From NCBI GenBank assembly GCA_036397755.1, contig DASWII010000072.1:34883-98882 (forward strand): DNA of 64,000 nucleotides, given 5' to 3'. The notes below the pieces were generated by a model, which worked only from the letters and a program-made list of their open reading frames with translations, searched no databases and was not told the origin of the DNA. Both the position numbers and the translations under genes were made by a program. Positions within the stretch are counted from its first letter, which is position 1. Every line of letters starts with the position of its first letter. Shown in pieces: positions 20,401 to 29,734 of the stretch. The stretch is from Gemmatimonadales bacterium. Lineage in GTDB: Bacteria; Gemmatimonadota; Gemmatimonadetes; Gemmatimonadales; GWC2-71-9.

Positions 20401-21800
20401 TACCGCGCTTCCCGCCACGGGCCGTCGAGCACGCCCTCGCCCTGCACTCGGCCCACGAGCAGAATGGCGGGGACGAGGCGCGCCACGCTGGCAAGACTTA
20501 GGTCCACCTGCGCGAGCCGGAAGTCGTGGAACACGAAATCGCCGGGAACGCCCACGGAGACTGTACCCGCTCCTCGGACTTCGCTCCACGGCCAGCCCGG
20601 AACCAGCGAGTCCCGGAACGCCGCGTCGATGCTGAGCCGCAGGCGATCTTGCGGGCCGGCGGCGCGCACGTGACCGGTGATGCGACCCGCGATGGGGAGG
20701 GTGTCGAGCAAGTGGCGTACGTACTCCAAATCGAAATGGTTGAGCCGCAGGTCGGTGCCGCGCTGTTCCCACCGGCTCCCTGGACCGAGGTGCAGACCCA
20801 ATCGCCCGCTCACCGAGCCACCACCACCGACTCCCTCCAACTGCAACGAATCCGCGTCCACGATGAGTTCGTCACCCGCAACCGATTCCACGCGCACCAC
20901 ACCAGCCCCGACCAGCCCGCGCGGCAGCGTTGCCACGAGTCCGTGAAGATCGTCCGTGCCAAACCTCGTGGCCCGGCCGTCGAGCGCCAACATAACAGTG
21001 TCGCGGGGCCACGTGACGGTACCGTGCACCGTCGCTTCGGTCGTCGGGAGCACGACTCGGGACAGTGCGAATACGACCGAATCGGGCCACAGGTCGACGT
21101 CGCCGGTCGCATCATGCAGCGCTATCGCGGGGTCCGACACGTGCGCCCGCATCGAGGCTATCTCAAATCGCATCGGCCCGGCCGGCGCTGCCGGGGCGCT
21201 GACCAGAACGAACGGCAGGCGCGCGTCCACCGCATCGATGGTCCGCACGCGGAGAGGACCCAGCGGGCCCGGCTCGACGCGCGCCGTGCTGCCCGCCGGT
21301 CCGGCCGGCGTGCGGATCGTCACGCGGGCGTTTGCGAGGGTCACCTGACGAAACGCGAGCAGCAGCGGTCGACCCGGCGAGGTACCGGGTGTCGGGCTGG
21401 GTGACCCGAGCGTCACCACGAGCGTGAACGGTTCGCCCGGCGCTGTCTGCGTGAGGTTCAGGTCCACGTCCCGCAGAGCGAGTCTCCCCAACACCAGCCG
21501 ACCCGACAGCATGTCACGGAGCCCGTAGCGCAGTTCCATGTGCCCAACCGTGAGGACCACTTGGCCGTCCGGATCCCGCACCTCAAGACCCGCGACGGTG
21601 AGCCCTTGCCACGGGGACCCGTCGACGTCTGCCAGGGTCACCGCACCACGGATGCGTCTGTTGAGTTCGCGCAAAGCCGAACCCACGAGCACCGCGCGCC
21701 CGGCCTCGGTGCCGAGCATGGCCCCCGTGATCCCGAGCAGCGAGCTGCCACCTCCAACGACCGTCAGCGCGGCCGCCGCCACAATGGAGCGCACGCGCAT
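17460..21800 (-). CDS. tamB: translocation and assembly module protein TamB (DUF490/AsmA-like)
   Basis: The 1446-aa product has an N-terminal anchor, long repetitive beta-rich sequence, and a C-terminal region typical of TamB. Its ATG overlaps the stop of the upstream Omp85 gene (ATGA). Confidence 0.85.
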   Translation of the reverse strand: MRVRSIVAAAALTVVGGGSSLLGITGAMLGTEAGRAVLVGSALRELNRRIRGAVTLADVDGSPWQGLTVAGLEVRDPDGQVVLTVGHMELRYGLRDMLSGRLVLGRLALRDVDLNLTQTAPGEPFTLVVTLGSPSPTPGTSPGRPLLLAFRQVTLANARVTIRTPAGPAGSTARVEPGPLGPLRVRTIDAVDARLPFVLVSAPAAPAGPMRFEIASMRAHVSDPAIALHDATGDVDLWPDSVVFALSRVVLPTTEATVHGTVTWPRDTVMLALDGRATRFGTDDLHGLVATLPRGLVGAGVVRVESVAGDELIVDADSLQLEGVGGGGSVSGRLGLHLGPGSRWEQRGTDLRLNHFDLEYVRHLLDTLPIAGRITGHVRAAGPQDRLRLSIDAAFRDSLVPGWPWSEVRGAGTVSVGVPGDFVFHDFRLAQVDLSLASVARLVPAILLVGRVQGEGVLDGPWREARYEGFLRHADLPLPASEATGTLGIDATGELVGLWAALDFDSLRLEGLASTFPKAALRSAVAGRVAVAGLLDSLELDADVSGAVGRVRATGPLFFGDDALGAHRLDVVVGDLDLSVLRLGAATTRMTGAATLAGWWRDSTDLELRAAVGLGPSSLRGAPVDSLVAEVDLHADQLVVDTLRVGGYHWAIHAAGVLGRGATADTRLRFVAETDSLGILEEWVAGVLGPLQATDSLPPSGRLRVAGTLTGAVTAPGIIADVTVAHVRRADLTIAAARGSLSYVGGSRMLDMQAMVGSAFVGRMTVDSLEFRAHGRTDSLGWTGTGRLWKDAYIAAGGSWQRVEDRTRLMVDSASAALVASTWRIGPATATWDETGLTVLGFEAVNDSGVGRIVAGGRLPFRGPGDFSASVESVAIADLWLLLGRGYGSVAGSLGGTFTLRGTARDPVIESMVGLRNASFGMVTAPQMTGVLHYEERRLTGTVEALRLGESILRVEVALPIDLALVGAVRRRLPGPITMVTRADSVDLALLNLVTPQVRRMAGTFDADLGLTGTWEDPQLTGALALRDASAEFPALGVRYENLNGELRLVGDTIHVRSLSLRSGRGTARVQGYVRLEELSRPVLDLAVHAEEFRILDRPDFLTLAASGDVTLTGPAIGATLRGRATVTRGVLYFADLLDKDVLDLDDPLLRDFVDTLEIQQGGLGTTLEVRLLESLRVTGLELEMSRETWLRSREANIQLAGRLTVDRAGDQFVLNGELETPRGSYRLELMPAFNREFTVTRGRVRYFGTTDLNAGLDIEAQHVVRSRRGDPVTVSVHIGGTVYEPKLTLTSDVTPPLSDTEIISYLLFGSPTVQSRQDWLTAQSVADEVVGTLTGELGTALIADWGIPLDYAQIRPSGGGQALGVEGDFGKQFLIFGRPAFLSATPLICTRQTTQFDIGASLEYRLSGRWMLAASIDPARRCQSFASETTLRYQFGLDVFWEIRY

Positions 21801-23950
21801 CAGAACGCCTGCCCAATGGAGAAGTGAATGCGGAGGTGTCCGAACACACCGCCGCCGGCCGGCGTGTACAAACCGTCCCCGGGTTGCGGAACCAACTCCA
21901 GGACGTTGCCGGACTGCCGGAACAGGCGTCCCGGAGTCGGGCCATACCGGCTGTAGGCCACGTCGAGGCGCACGGGTCCGAGCGGTGAATCGACCCGCAG
22001 TCCCGCGCCCGGGGTCACGCGGAGCTTGTCCACCGACAGCGCATTGCGGCCGTTCGCGAACACCTGTCCTGCATCGATGAACACCGCGCCCGAGAGCCGC
22101 CCGCCGATGGGAAACCGGTATTCAGCGTTCACGTACATCACCCCATTGCCGCCGACCGGGGACGTGCGAACGATGCTGTCCACGGTGCCGTTCGGATCCA
22201 GGTCAACGCGTTCGAGCACATGCACCACTGGTCCCAAGCCGTTCTGCGCGAATCCCCGCACCGTCGTGGCGCCCCCGGCATAGAACCGCTCTTCGGGCGG
22301 CGCGATCCGCCCGCCACCGCCGAAGAATGTGAGAAACGGCACGGTCTGCGCCCCGACGTGCACGCGCCACGAGAAGGTGTGTCCGCGGGCAATGCGATGG
22401 TATCGAGCGAACTCGACCGACCCCTTGAGAAATTGGCTCAAGGAGTCGGACCCGATGCCCTTATCGGAAAACGCGACGTGCGCCCGCAGCACCATGCCCC
22501 GGGTCGGGTCGAACAGCGAGTTTCGCGTATCGCGGACGAACGCCAGCGCGATGCGGGAAGTAATGCGGGGCGCATTGAACACCGTGTCCCCCACGGAACA
22601 TACGTTGAAGAACGCGCATTGCTTGGCGGGATCGGTGGAGGTTCGGCCCTTGGCCAACGCATACGAGAGCGTAAGCGCGGTTTGCGGCCCCAGCTGACGC
22701 GTGACCGACAGGTCGGTACCGATCGCGTCACGGCGGTAGACCTGAAACTCGCTTTGGCGCTCCGCGAACACCGACACCGTGGCGCTGGTGCGGCGCCAGA
22801 TGAAATACGGCTGCGTCAGACTCACGCTCACGTTGTAGTTCAACGTGAGCAACTCGGGAAGGTCGTCAGCGAGAGCCGAGCAGATGACCTTGTTTTCCAG
22901 CCCGCCCGAGCCGCCGACGCCAATGCGCGACAGACGTCCGCTCACCAACGCCTGGCGCCCGCCACCCAGGAAGTTGTTCAGCCCCCACTGGCCGGTGGTC
23001 CGAAAACAGTCGGTCGTGCCATACCCCGCCCCCAGGCGCAGCCGGTGCAGAGGAGCTTCCGACACGCGAACCCGGAGCCGCACCAGCGAGTCCGGCGGTG
23101 GAATCGAATCCCACAGGACGACGTTGACATTGTTGTACACGTTTGAGCGATACAGATCCAACTGGCTCGCGTAGATGTCGCGCTCCCGATAAATCTGGCC
23201 GGGCTGGACCAGCAGGCGCCTTCGCACCGCCTCCGGCGGAATCTTCTCCGCGCCCACCACCACCACCTCGCCGATGCGAGAGCGCTGCCCGGGATCGACC
23301 ACGAACCGCACCTGGGCGGTCCGCGCGACCCGGTCCTCATCGAAATTCGTATAGATCTCCGCGAACGGATGTCCCACATCCGCCAGAGCCGCACGCAGCG
23401 TGTCACCCGACGCGCGCAGCCGCAGCCGGTCGAAGGGCCGGCCTTCCCGCAGCGGCAGTCGATCCACCACCCTGCCGGGCACCCGCGCCCCCTCCAGGCC
23501 CTCGACCGTCAGGCTGGTGACGACAATCGGGGCACCCTCGACGATCTCGAACCGAATCCACACGCCCGAGTTCGCTTCCGTCACGCTCGCATCGACTTGC
23601 GCGTCGAGAAAACCGCTTTGTCGGTACAAGGTTCGAACCCGAATGACGTCGCGACGCAACTCGGTCTCGTTGAAGAAGCGCTTTTCCCCGAGGCCGATGA
23701 ACCGCAGGCCGAACGACTGCGACGTGGCAATGGCGTTGCGCAACACCGACTCGTCGATGGATTCGTTCCCCTCGAACTGCACCCGGCGAACCTCGAGCGG
23801 TTCATTGAGGGGTGCATCCTGCGCGCGAAGCACACCGCTCAGGATCGCGAGCACGAGCGCGACATGTTTGACGGCCCGCCACGGAGCGCGTAGCTTCGCC
23901 CCGGCGACAGGTCGCGCGTTCGCTTCGACCGTCGCGATGGGAGGGATCAT
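21800..23950 (-). CDS. tamA: Omp85-family outer-membrane assembly protein (TamA/BamA-like)
   Basis: POTRA-like repeats are followed by a C-terminal beta-barrel ending in ...HFSIGQAF (aromatic terminus). ATG at 23950 (MIPPIA...) is preferred over the track start at 24064. It is translationally coupled to tamB. Confidence 0.8.
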   Translation of the reverse strand: MIPPIATVEANARPVAGAKLRAPWRAVKHVALVLAILSGVLRAQDAPLNEPLEVRRVQFEGNESIDESVLRNAIATSQSFGLRFIGLGEKRFFNETELRRDVIRVRTLYRQSGFLDAQVDASVTEANSGVWIRFEIVEGAPIVVTSLTVEGLEGARVPGRVVDRLPLREGRPFDRLRLRASGDTLRAALADVGHPFAEIYTNFDEDRVARTAQVRFVVDPGQRSRIGEVVVVGAEKIPPEAVRRRLLVQPGQIYRERDIYASQLDLYRSNVYNNVNVVLWDSIPPPDSLVRLRVRVSEAPLHRLRLGAGYGTTDCFRTTGQWGLNNFLGGGRQALVSGRLSRIGVGGSGGLENKVICSALADDLPELLTLNYNVSVSLTQPYFIWRRTSATVSVFAERQSEFQVYRRDAIGTDLSVTRQLGPQTALTLSYALAKGRTSTDPAKQCAFFNVCSVGDTVFNAPRITSRIALAFVRDTRNSLFDPTRGMVLRAHVAFSDKGIGSDSLSQFLKGSVEFARYHRIARGHTFSWRVHVGAQTVPFLTFFGGGGRIAPPEERFYAGGATTVRGFAQNGLGPVVHVLERVDLDPNGTVDSIVRTSPVGGNGVMYVNAEYRFPIGGRLSGAVFIDAGQVFANGRNALSVDKLRVTPGAGLRVDSPLGPVRLDVAYSRYGPTPGRLFRQSGNVLELVPQPGDGLYTPAGGGVFGHLRIHFSIGQAF

Positions 23951-23955
23951 ACCGG

Positions 23956-25452
23956 ATGGCGCCTCATCGGATCTTCCGCTCCATGCGCATCTCTCTCCTA
24001 CTGGCCTGGATGCTAGCGGGTTCCGCAAACGCGCAGGTCCAGGCGAACGATCGCATCGCAGCACTGCTCGATCGCGCCCCCTTTGACCACGCCTTGTGGG
24101 GCGTGCTCGTCGTGGATGACCATGGCGACGTGGTGTTCGCGCGCAACGCGGATCGTCTCTTCACGCCCGCCTCCACCAGCAAGTTGATCGTCTCTGCCGC
24201 GGCAAGCGCCCTCCTGAGACCGCGCTTCACGGTCACGACCACCGTCTACGGCAGCGGGACGTTCGACTCCGGCGTCCTGCGGGGCGACCTGATCGTGTAT
24301 GGCCGAGGGGACCCGACCTTCAGTGCGCATTGCTATGCCACCGCCACCCCACCGGCGGGAGCCTGCGATTCGCTCTGGACCCGCATGGGTGCGCTGGCCG
24401 AAACGCTGGCTCGGCGCGGGCTGCGTCACGTCACCGGAGCGATCGTGGGAGATGGCAGCTATTTCGAGCCTCAACTCCTCCACCCCGCGTGGCAGATGTA
24501 CGATGTGAACTGGCACTACGCTGCGCCCGTTTCGGCGCTCGGCTTCAACGACAACAGTGTGAATGTAATCTGGAGTCCTGGCCCTTCCCCCGACGCCCCG
24601 GCACGAATCCGCTTCGAGCCCGATCTCGCCGCGTTCACGTTCGAGAACCGAACCACGACCGTCGAGGCCGGAGGCGAGTCCACGATCGACTTCTACCGGA
24701 AGCCGGGAACCATGCAGCTGTGGGCGGAGGGCACCGTGGCACGCGGAGCGCGCGAACGCACGGAGTATTTCGCGCTGCCCGATCCGAACCTGTATTTCGT
24801 GCAGGCGCTCCGTGCCGCGCTCCGTGCGCGCGGCATCAGTATCGCGGGGCCCGACGAGTCGGCGACCGGCGCGGGGCGCGTGTGTGCGGATTGCGTGGTG
24901 CTGGCGGAGTTCGACTCGCGGCCCGTGGAGGACTGGGTGTATGCGATCCTCAACACGAGCGAGAACGGGTTCTCGGAAATGCTCCTGAAGGTCTTGGGGC
25001 GCGAGTTACGGGGTGAGGGTTCGTGGGAGGCGGGACTCGAAGTCGAACGCGCGTTCCTGGTCGACTCGGTGGGGATCGACCCAACCCACTTCGCGCTCGC
25101 TGACGGATCGGGACTCGCCAGGCAGAACCTGCTGAGCCCGCGAGCCCTCGTGCAGCTGCTGCGGTTCATGCGCGATCACCCCAACGGCGCGGCGTTTCAT
25201 ACCGGCCTCGCCGTCGGCGGAGCGTCGGGCACCCTCTCCGGTCGATTCCGCGACGCCACCATGCCGGGTCGCGTGGTCGCCAAGACCGGATCGATCGACC
25301 AAGCGAACACGTTGGCGGGTTACGTGGAACAGCCGAACGGACGGCATCTGACGTTCGCCATCATGTTGAACCATCATACCGCGAGTTTCAGAGCAGCGGT
25401 GAACCGCATCGACGCTATCGTGCGGGAGGCAGCGCAGTCGTACCCCTTCTAG
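23956..25452 (+). CDS. dacB: D-alanyl-D-alanine carboxypeptidase/endopeptidase, PBP4 (S13) family
   Basis: The product has a signal peptide, the STSK active-site motif (PASTSKLI), SENG (TSENG) and KTGS motifs. ATG at 23983 is an alternative start. Confidence 0.88.
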   Translation: MAPHRIFRSMRISLLLAWMLAGSANAQVQANDRIAALLDRAPFDHALWGVLVVDDHGDVVFARNADRLFTPASTSKLIVSAAASALLRPRFTVTTTVYGSGTFDSGVLRGDLIVYGRGDPTFSAHCYATATPPAGACDSLWTRMGALAETLARRGLRHVTGAIVGDGSYFEPQLLHPAWQMYDVNWHYAAPVSALGFNDNSVNVIWSPGPSPDAPARIRFEPDLAAFTFENRTTTVEAGGESTIDFYRKPGTMQLWAEGTVARGARERTEYFALPDPNLYFVQALRAALRARGISIAGPDESATGAGRVCADCVVLAEFDSRPVEDWVYAILNTSENGFSEMLLKVLGRELRGEGSWEAGLEVERAFLVDSVGIDPTHFALADGSGLARQNLLSPRALVQLLRFMRDHPNGAAFHTGLAVGGASGTLSGRFRDATMPGRVVAKTGSIDQANTLAGYVEQPNGRHLTFAIMLNHHTASFRAAVNRIDAIVREAAQSYPF

Positions 25453-26848
25453 TGTCGCGCCCCAATACGGCCGCGACGTCCGCGGCGCTGGTCAGCTTGG
25501 CGCGCGAGCGGCCCTGGGCTTCCCCGCGTTCACGCTCAACCGCGTCCAAACGCTTCCAGTCCCGGTAGGAGATCCACGCCGCCTGCCGTTGCGCGAGGAG
25601 CCCAAGCACCGCGTCGTCGGAGGCACCGCCCTCGAGCGATAGCGACCGTCCGCTGCCGATATCCTCGAGCAACGCGGCGACCGTCTCACCCGCATCGGGT
25701 TTGTTGGTGCCGATGACCCCGGACGGGCCGCGCTTGATCCACCCGGCCACGTAGAGACCCGGCACCGCCGTGCCCGCCTCCATGACCCTACCGCCATCGT
25801 TCGGCACTATCCCGTGTCGCTCATCGAACGGCAATCCGGGAATCGCCACGCCGCGGTACCCAACCGACCGGAACACCAGGTCCACCGGCAACTCCTCCAC
25901 GCGTGCCGTCGCGCGCGGCCGGAGCGTACCGTCGCCGGTTCGATAGAGTTCGTTTTGGACGATGCGCATACTACGAACCTGACCGTCCACTCCCACCAGC
26001 GCCGTGGGCGAGGCGAGAAACCGCAACGTCAAAGTGCGCGGCTTGTCGGCGACCCTCCGCCCGGCAAACCCCTGAAGGATCTCGACCTTTTTGCGCTGCG
26101 CACGATCGTCACTGCGTTCCAAGTCTTCCCGACTCAATGGATCGAGCACGACCTCGTTCGGGAGCACCCGGACACCAGCTGCCTCGAGCTCCCCGAGCTC
26201 CTTGACCTCGGCGTTCGTAAACGCCGCCTGGAGCGGCCCGCGCCGCCCCAGGATGTACACCTCGCGCACGGCGCTCCGCCGCAACGCCTCCAAGGCGTAC
26301 TCGGCAATATCCGTCCGCGCCAGCTCCTCGGACGTGCGGCACAGAATGCGCGCGACGTCCACGGCCACGTTGCCCACGCCGACCACCGCCACGCGCTCCG
26401 CCGAGAGATCGAAGGTGCGGTCGACGAAATCCGGGTGACCATTGTACCACGCAACGAACTCCGTGGCCGCGTGACTTCCCGACAACTCCTCGCCGGGGAT
26501 TCCCATGGCGCGGTCCGTCTGCGCACCGGTGGCGAAGCACAGCGCGTGGTAGCGGGCAGCCAACTCGTCCACCGTGACATGACGGCCCACCTCGACATTG
26601 CCGAAGAACCGGAACTCCGGGCGCTCGGCAAGCCGTTCGTACACGCGGATCACACTCTTGATCTTCTCGTGATCCGGCGCGACGCCGTAGCGCACCAGCC
26701 CGAACGGCATCGGCAACCGTTCGAACATGTCCACGCGCACCGACAGCTCCTTTGCGCGGAACAGGTGCTCGACGACGTAAAAGGCAGCGGGGCCCGATCC
26801 GATCACCCCAACCCGCAACGGGTGGTCGGCGCTTCCGGGTCGGGGCAC
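25415..26848 (-). CDS. FprA/adrenodoxin-reductase-type ferredoxin-NADP+ reductase
   Basis: GTG at 26848 is preceded by AAGGAG at a 6-nt spacing. VGVIGSGPAAFY and VAVVGVGNVAVDVAR are two Rossmann motifs, and GWIKRGPSGVIGTNK is also present. The track ORF up to 27478 is an upstream extension. The 3' end overlaps dacB by 38 nt (convergent). Confidence 0.85.
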   Translation of the reverse strand: MPRPGSADHPLRVGVIGSGPAAFYVVEHLFRAKELSVRVDMFERLPMPFGLVRYGVAPDHEKIKSVIRVYERLAERPEFRFFGNVEVGRHVTVDELAARYHALCFATGAQTDRAMGIPGEELSGSHAATEFVAWYNGHPDFVDRTFDLSAERVAVVGVGNVAVDVARILCRTSEELARTDIAEYALEALRRSAVREVYILGRRGPLQAAFTNAEVKELGELEAAGVRVLPNEVVLDPLSREDLERSDDRAQRKKVEILQGFAGRRVADKPRTLTLRFLASPTALVGVDGQVRSMRIVQNELYRTGDGTLRPRATARVEELPVDLVFRSVGYRGVAIPGLPFDERHGIVPNDGGRVMEAGTAVPGLYVAGWIKRGPSGVIGTNKPDAGETVAALLEDIGSGRSLSLEGGASDDAVLGLLAQRQAAWISYRDWKRLDAVERERGEAQGRSRAKLTSAADVAAVLGRDTRRGTTALPPAR

Positions 26849-26959
26849 GGATCGCTCCTTAGGATGCGGGGAACAGACGGGACATGATAACAACGCGGGC
26901 CAACCGTCGAAACTTCGGGCCTGCTTTCCTCCGCGACGCACCGCTCGTACCTTCCCGTC

Positions 26960-27505
26960 GTGAAGATCTACACCAAGACCGGCGACGGAGGCGAAACCAG
27001 CCTCTTCGGCGGGCGCCGGGTGCCAAAGTCCGAGTTGCGCGTGGACGCGTATGGCGCCGTCGACGAACTCAACTCCCAGATCGGCGTGGTTCTGGCCACA
27101 AGACCGGTGGACCTCGCGGGCGATGTGCTCGCGGCCATCCAGCGCGATCTGTTCACCATCGGTGCGTTGCTGGCAAGCCCCGAGCCCGACAGAGTCGCCA
27201 AGGCCCTGGCGAAGGCCGAGCTCACGCAAGATCACGTCGGGGCGCTCGAACGCGCGATCGATCGAGTCGAGGATGAACTCCCTGCGCTCACGTCGTTCGT
27301 CATCCCGGGGGGATCGCTCAAGGCCGCACACCTCCACGTCGCGCGGGCAGGCTGCCGACGGGCTGAGCGGGCGGTCGTGGCGCTGCACTCGACGGAGCCG
27401 GTCGAGTACCTGATCCTCCAGTATCTCAATCGGCTGTCGGATCTGCTGTTCGTGCTGGCCCGGCTGGCGAACCTCCATGCCGGCGAGCCCGATCGCACCT
27501 GGTGA
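26960..27505 (+). CDS. PduO-type ATP:cob(I)alamin adenosyltransferase
   Basis: The N-terminus MKIYTKTGDGGETSLFGGRRVPKSELRVDAYGAVDELN is the characteristic PduO/MMAB sequence. Confidence 0.88.
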   Translation: MKIYTKTGDGGETSLFGGRRVPKSELRVDAYGAVDELNSQIGVVLATRPVDLAGDVLAAIQRDLFTIGALLASPEPDRVAKALAKAELTQDHVGALERAIDRVEDELPALTSFVIPGGSLKAAHLHVARAGCRRAERAVVALHSTEPVEYLILQYLNRLSDLLFVLARLANLHAGEPDRTW

Positions 27506-28422
27506 CCATGGCGGCCTACCCCGTCGTCCAACTGGACGTCTTCACCAACCAGCCGTTGCAAGGGAACCCGCTCGCGGTGTTCCCGGAGCCCGCCGGCCTC
27601 TCGACCAAGCGCATGCAGGCGCTCGCGCGCGAGATGAACCTCTCGGAGACGACCTTCGTGCTGCCCTCAGACGCTGCCACCCGCCGCGTGCGCTTCTTCA
27701 CACCGACGGACGAGATTCCGCTGGCCGGGCACCCCACCATTGGAACATGGTGGCACTTGGTCGAGAGCGGCGCGCTCGGGCTCCCGCCACAGGGTATCGT
27801 CGAAGTCACACAGGAAACCGGCGCCGGCGTCCTCCCCGTGGAGATCGTCATGGCGAACGGCCGGCCGCAGCGTGTGGTGATGACGCAGGCGACACCGACG
27901 TTCGGGAAGCATATCCGAGATCGGGCCGCGCTCGGCGACGCCCTGGGCGGGACCGCCGACACGGTCGGTGAGCCAGTTCCCCAGGTCGTGTCGACGGCGC
28001 TGCCCCAGGCGATGATTCCGGTGCCGTCGCTCGAGCAACTGCAAGCGTTGCCGGTCGGCGGTCGCGGCAGTGATCTCGCGGCGCTGCTTCAGGCGCATGG
28101 CACGAATTGCGCGATGTGCTTCTCGATGGAGACCGTCTTCGAGGACGCGACGGTGCACTGCCGGATGTTCGCGCCCGGACTTGGCGTGCCTGAGGATCCG
28201 GCGACGGGGAGCGCCGCCGGGGCGCTCGGCGCATACCTCGTGCGCCACGGCCTCGTGGACGTGTACGACGGACAAGCCACCATCGTGGTGGAGCAAGGTC
28301 TGGAGATCGGACGGCCGAGCCGGATCCACGTCGCCGTGCAGCTGCGCGACGGCGGTGCGATAGGCGTCGTGCGGGTCGGGGGTGCCGCTGTGACCGTCAT
28401 GACCGGAGTGGTCGTCTTATAG
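27502..28422 (+). CDS. PhzF-family isomerase
   Basis: The translation shows VVQLDVFTNQPLQGNPLAVF, MNLSETTFV and GHPTIG. The start overlaps the previous stop; ATG at 27508 is an alternative. Confidence 0.88.
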   Translation: MTMAAYPVVQLDVFTNQPLQGNPLAVFPEPAGLSTKRMQALAREMNLSETTFVLPSDAATRRVRFFTPTDEIPLAGHPTIGTWWHLVESGALGLPPQGIVEVTQETGAGVLPVEIVMANGRPQRVVMTQATPTFGKHIRDRAALGDALGGTADTVGEPVPQVVSTALPQAMIPVPSLEQLQALPVGGRGSDLAALLQAHGTNCAMCFSMETVFEDATVHCRMFAPGLGVPEDPATGSAAGALGAYLVRHGLVDVYDGQATIVVEQGLEIGRPSRIHVAVQLRDGGAIGVVRVGGAAVTVMTGVVVL

Positions 28423-28466
28423 AACCGCGAGCGATTCGCGTCGCACTCGGCGCCGCGTCGTACGAC

Positions 28467-29528
28467 GTGCTGATCGGTCCGGGACTGTTGGACGAGGCGG
28501 GCGATCGCGTGGTAGCCGCCTGCCCCGCCTCCGCCTACGCCGTGATCTCCGACTCCAGAGTCGCTCCACTCCTGGGCGAGCGGGTCGTCCGACAGCTCGA
28601 CACCGTCGCCCCCACGACGCTCGTCACATTTCCGGCCGGCGAGTGGAACAAGAACCGCGAGACCTGGGGAGAAGTCTCGGATCGGATGCTCGCGGCCGGT
28701 CTGGGACGCGATTCCGCCGTCGTTGCGCTCGGCGGTGGGGTGGTCGGGGATCTCGCTGGGTTCGTGGCGGCGACATACCTCCGGGGCGTGCCCGTCGTCC
28801 AAATCCCCACGACGCTCCTCGCGATGATCGACAGCTCCGTAGGCGGCAAGACCGGTGTCGACACGCCGGCGGGCAAGAACCTGATCGGTGCTTTTCATCA
28901 ACCGCGTTTGGTGCTGGCGGATACGGCGACACTCGCCACGCTGCCGCGACCACAGCTCGCGGCGGGTTCCGCCGAGGCGCTGAAGCACGGGGCCATCATG
29001 GATGCGGACTATTTCGAGTGGCTGCTGCACCATGCCCAGGACCTCCTGGCCGGCGAGCCGGAATCCACCGCGGAGTGCGTCTACCGGAGCGTGTCGATCA
29101 AGGCCGACGTGGTCGCCTCGGACGAACGTGAGCACGGGCGTCGCGCCATCCTGAACTTTGGTCATACCGTGGCCCATGCACTGGAGGCCGTGAGCGGCTA
29201 CGCGCTCCTGCACGGAGAAGCCGTCGCCCTCGGCATGCTGGCGGAGTCCCGCATCGGCGCCCAGCTTGGCGTGACGGACGAAGACGTCCCCGCACAACTC
29301 GTCGAGGCATGTGAACGACTCATGCTGCCGCTCGAACCACCGACCACCGCCAGCCCCGATGCCCTCCTCGACGCGATGATGGTGGACAAAAAGAACCGTT
29401 CCGGATCTGTCAGGTTCGCCCTCCCGAGACGGCTCGGCGAGATGGCCCGTCACCCAGATGGGGAGTGGACGTTCGCCGCCGATCGTTCAGTGATAGACTC
29501 GACCATCACGGCGTGGACGCAGGCCTAG
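28467..29528 (+). CDS. aroB: 3-dehydroquinate synthase
   Basis: GGGVVGDLAGFVAATYLRGVPVVQIPTTLLAMIDSSVGGKTGVD and the HGEAVA metal-site region are present. The first canonical start is GTG at 28467, but AroB-like sequence continues upstream in frame (see findings). Confidence 0.9.
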   Translation: MLIGPGLLDEAGDRVVAACPASAYAVISDSRVAPLLGERVVRQLDTVAPTTLVTFPAGEWNKNRETWGEVSDRMLAAGLGRDSAVVALGGGVVGDLAGFVAATYLRGVPVVQIPTTLLAMIDSSVGGKTGVDTPAGKNLIGAFHQPRLVLADTATLATLPRPQLAAGSAEALKHGAIMDADYFEWLLHHAQDLLAGEPESTAECVYRSVSIKADVVASDEREHGRRAILNFGHTVAHALEAVSGYALLHGEAVALGMLAESRIGAQLGVTDEDVPAQLVEACERLMLPLEPPTTASPDALLDAMMVDKKNRSGSVRFALPRRLGEMARHPDGEWTFAADRSVIDSTITAWTQA

Positions 29529-29705
29529 CCGTCGACGGCGTTTTCCACATACTAGTCACGTCTGTTGTTGATGTAAAATATTATATCACAAGCTGTTAGC
29601 ATACTTTTCGAACAATCAGGAAATCCACACCGATCCGCACCGCGTTGACAAACTGCACAACGGATTGTTCCAGAACGATTTGTGATGTGGAAAACGATTT
29701 TTTTG

Positions 29706-29734
29706 TTGACTGATCGACGGTCGTTCCCTATATT
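29706..29734 (+). promoter_or_regulatory. sigma-70-type promoter candidate upstream of the sigma-factor gene
   Basis: TTGACT (29706-29711), a 17-nt spacer and TATATT (29729-29734). It is preceded by a T7 run and A+T-rich tract (UP-like) and lies about 90 nt upstream of the ATG at 29822. Confidence 0.5.

Noticed and set aside
25415-25452. 38-nt convergent overlap of the dacB and reductase 3' ends, considered as a possible mis-call.
   Set aside because: Both reading frames carry family-typical sequence close to their stops. The overlap probably is real, but on its own it is unremarkable.
26849-27478. Upstream extension of the FprA-type reductase ORF (track 25415-27478).
   Set aside because: It overlaps the PduO-type gene on the other strand. 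A strong AAGGAG-N6-GTG at 26848 precedes the first Rossmann motif, and the extension has no family similarity.
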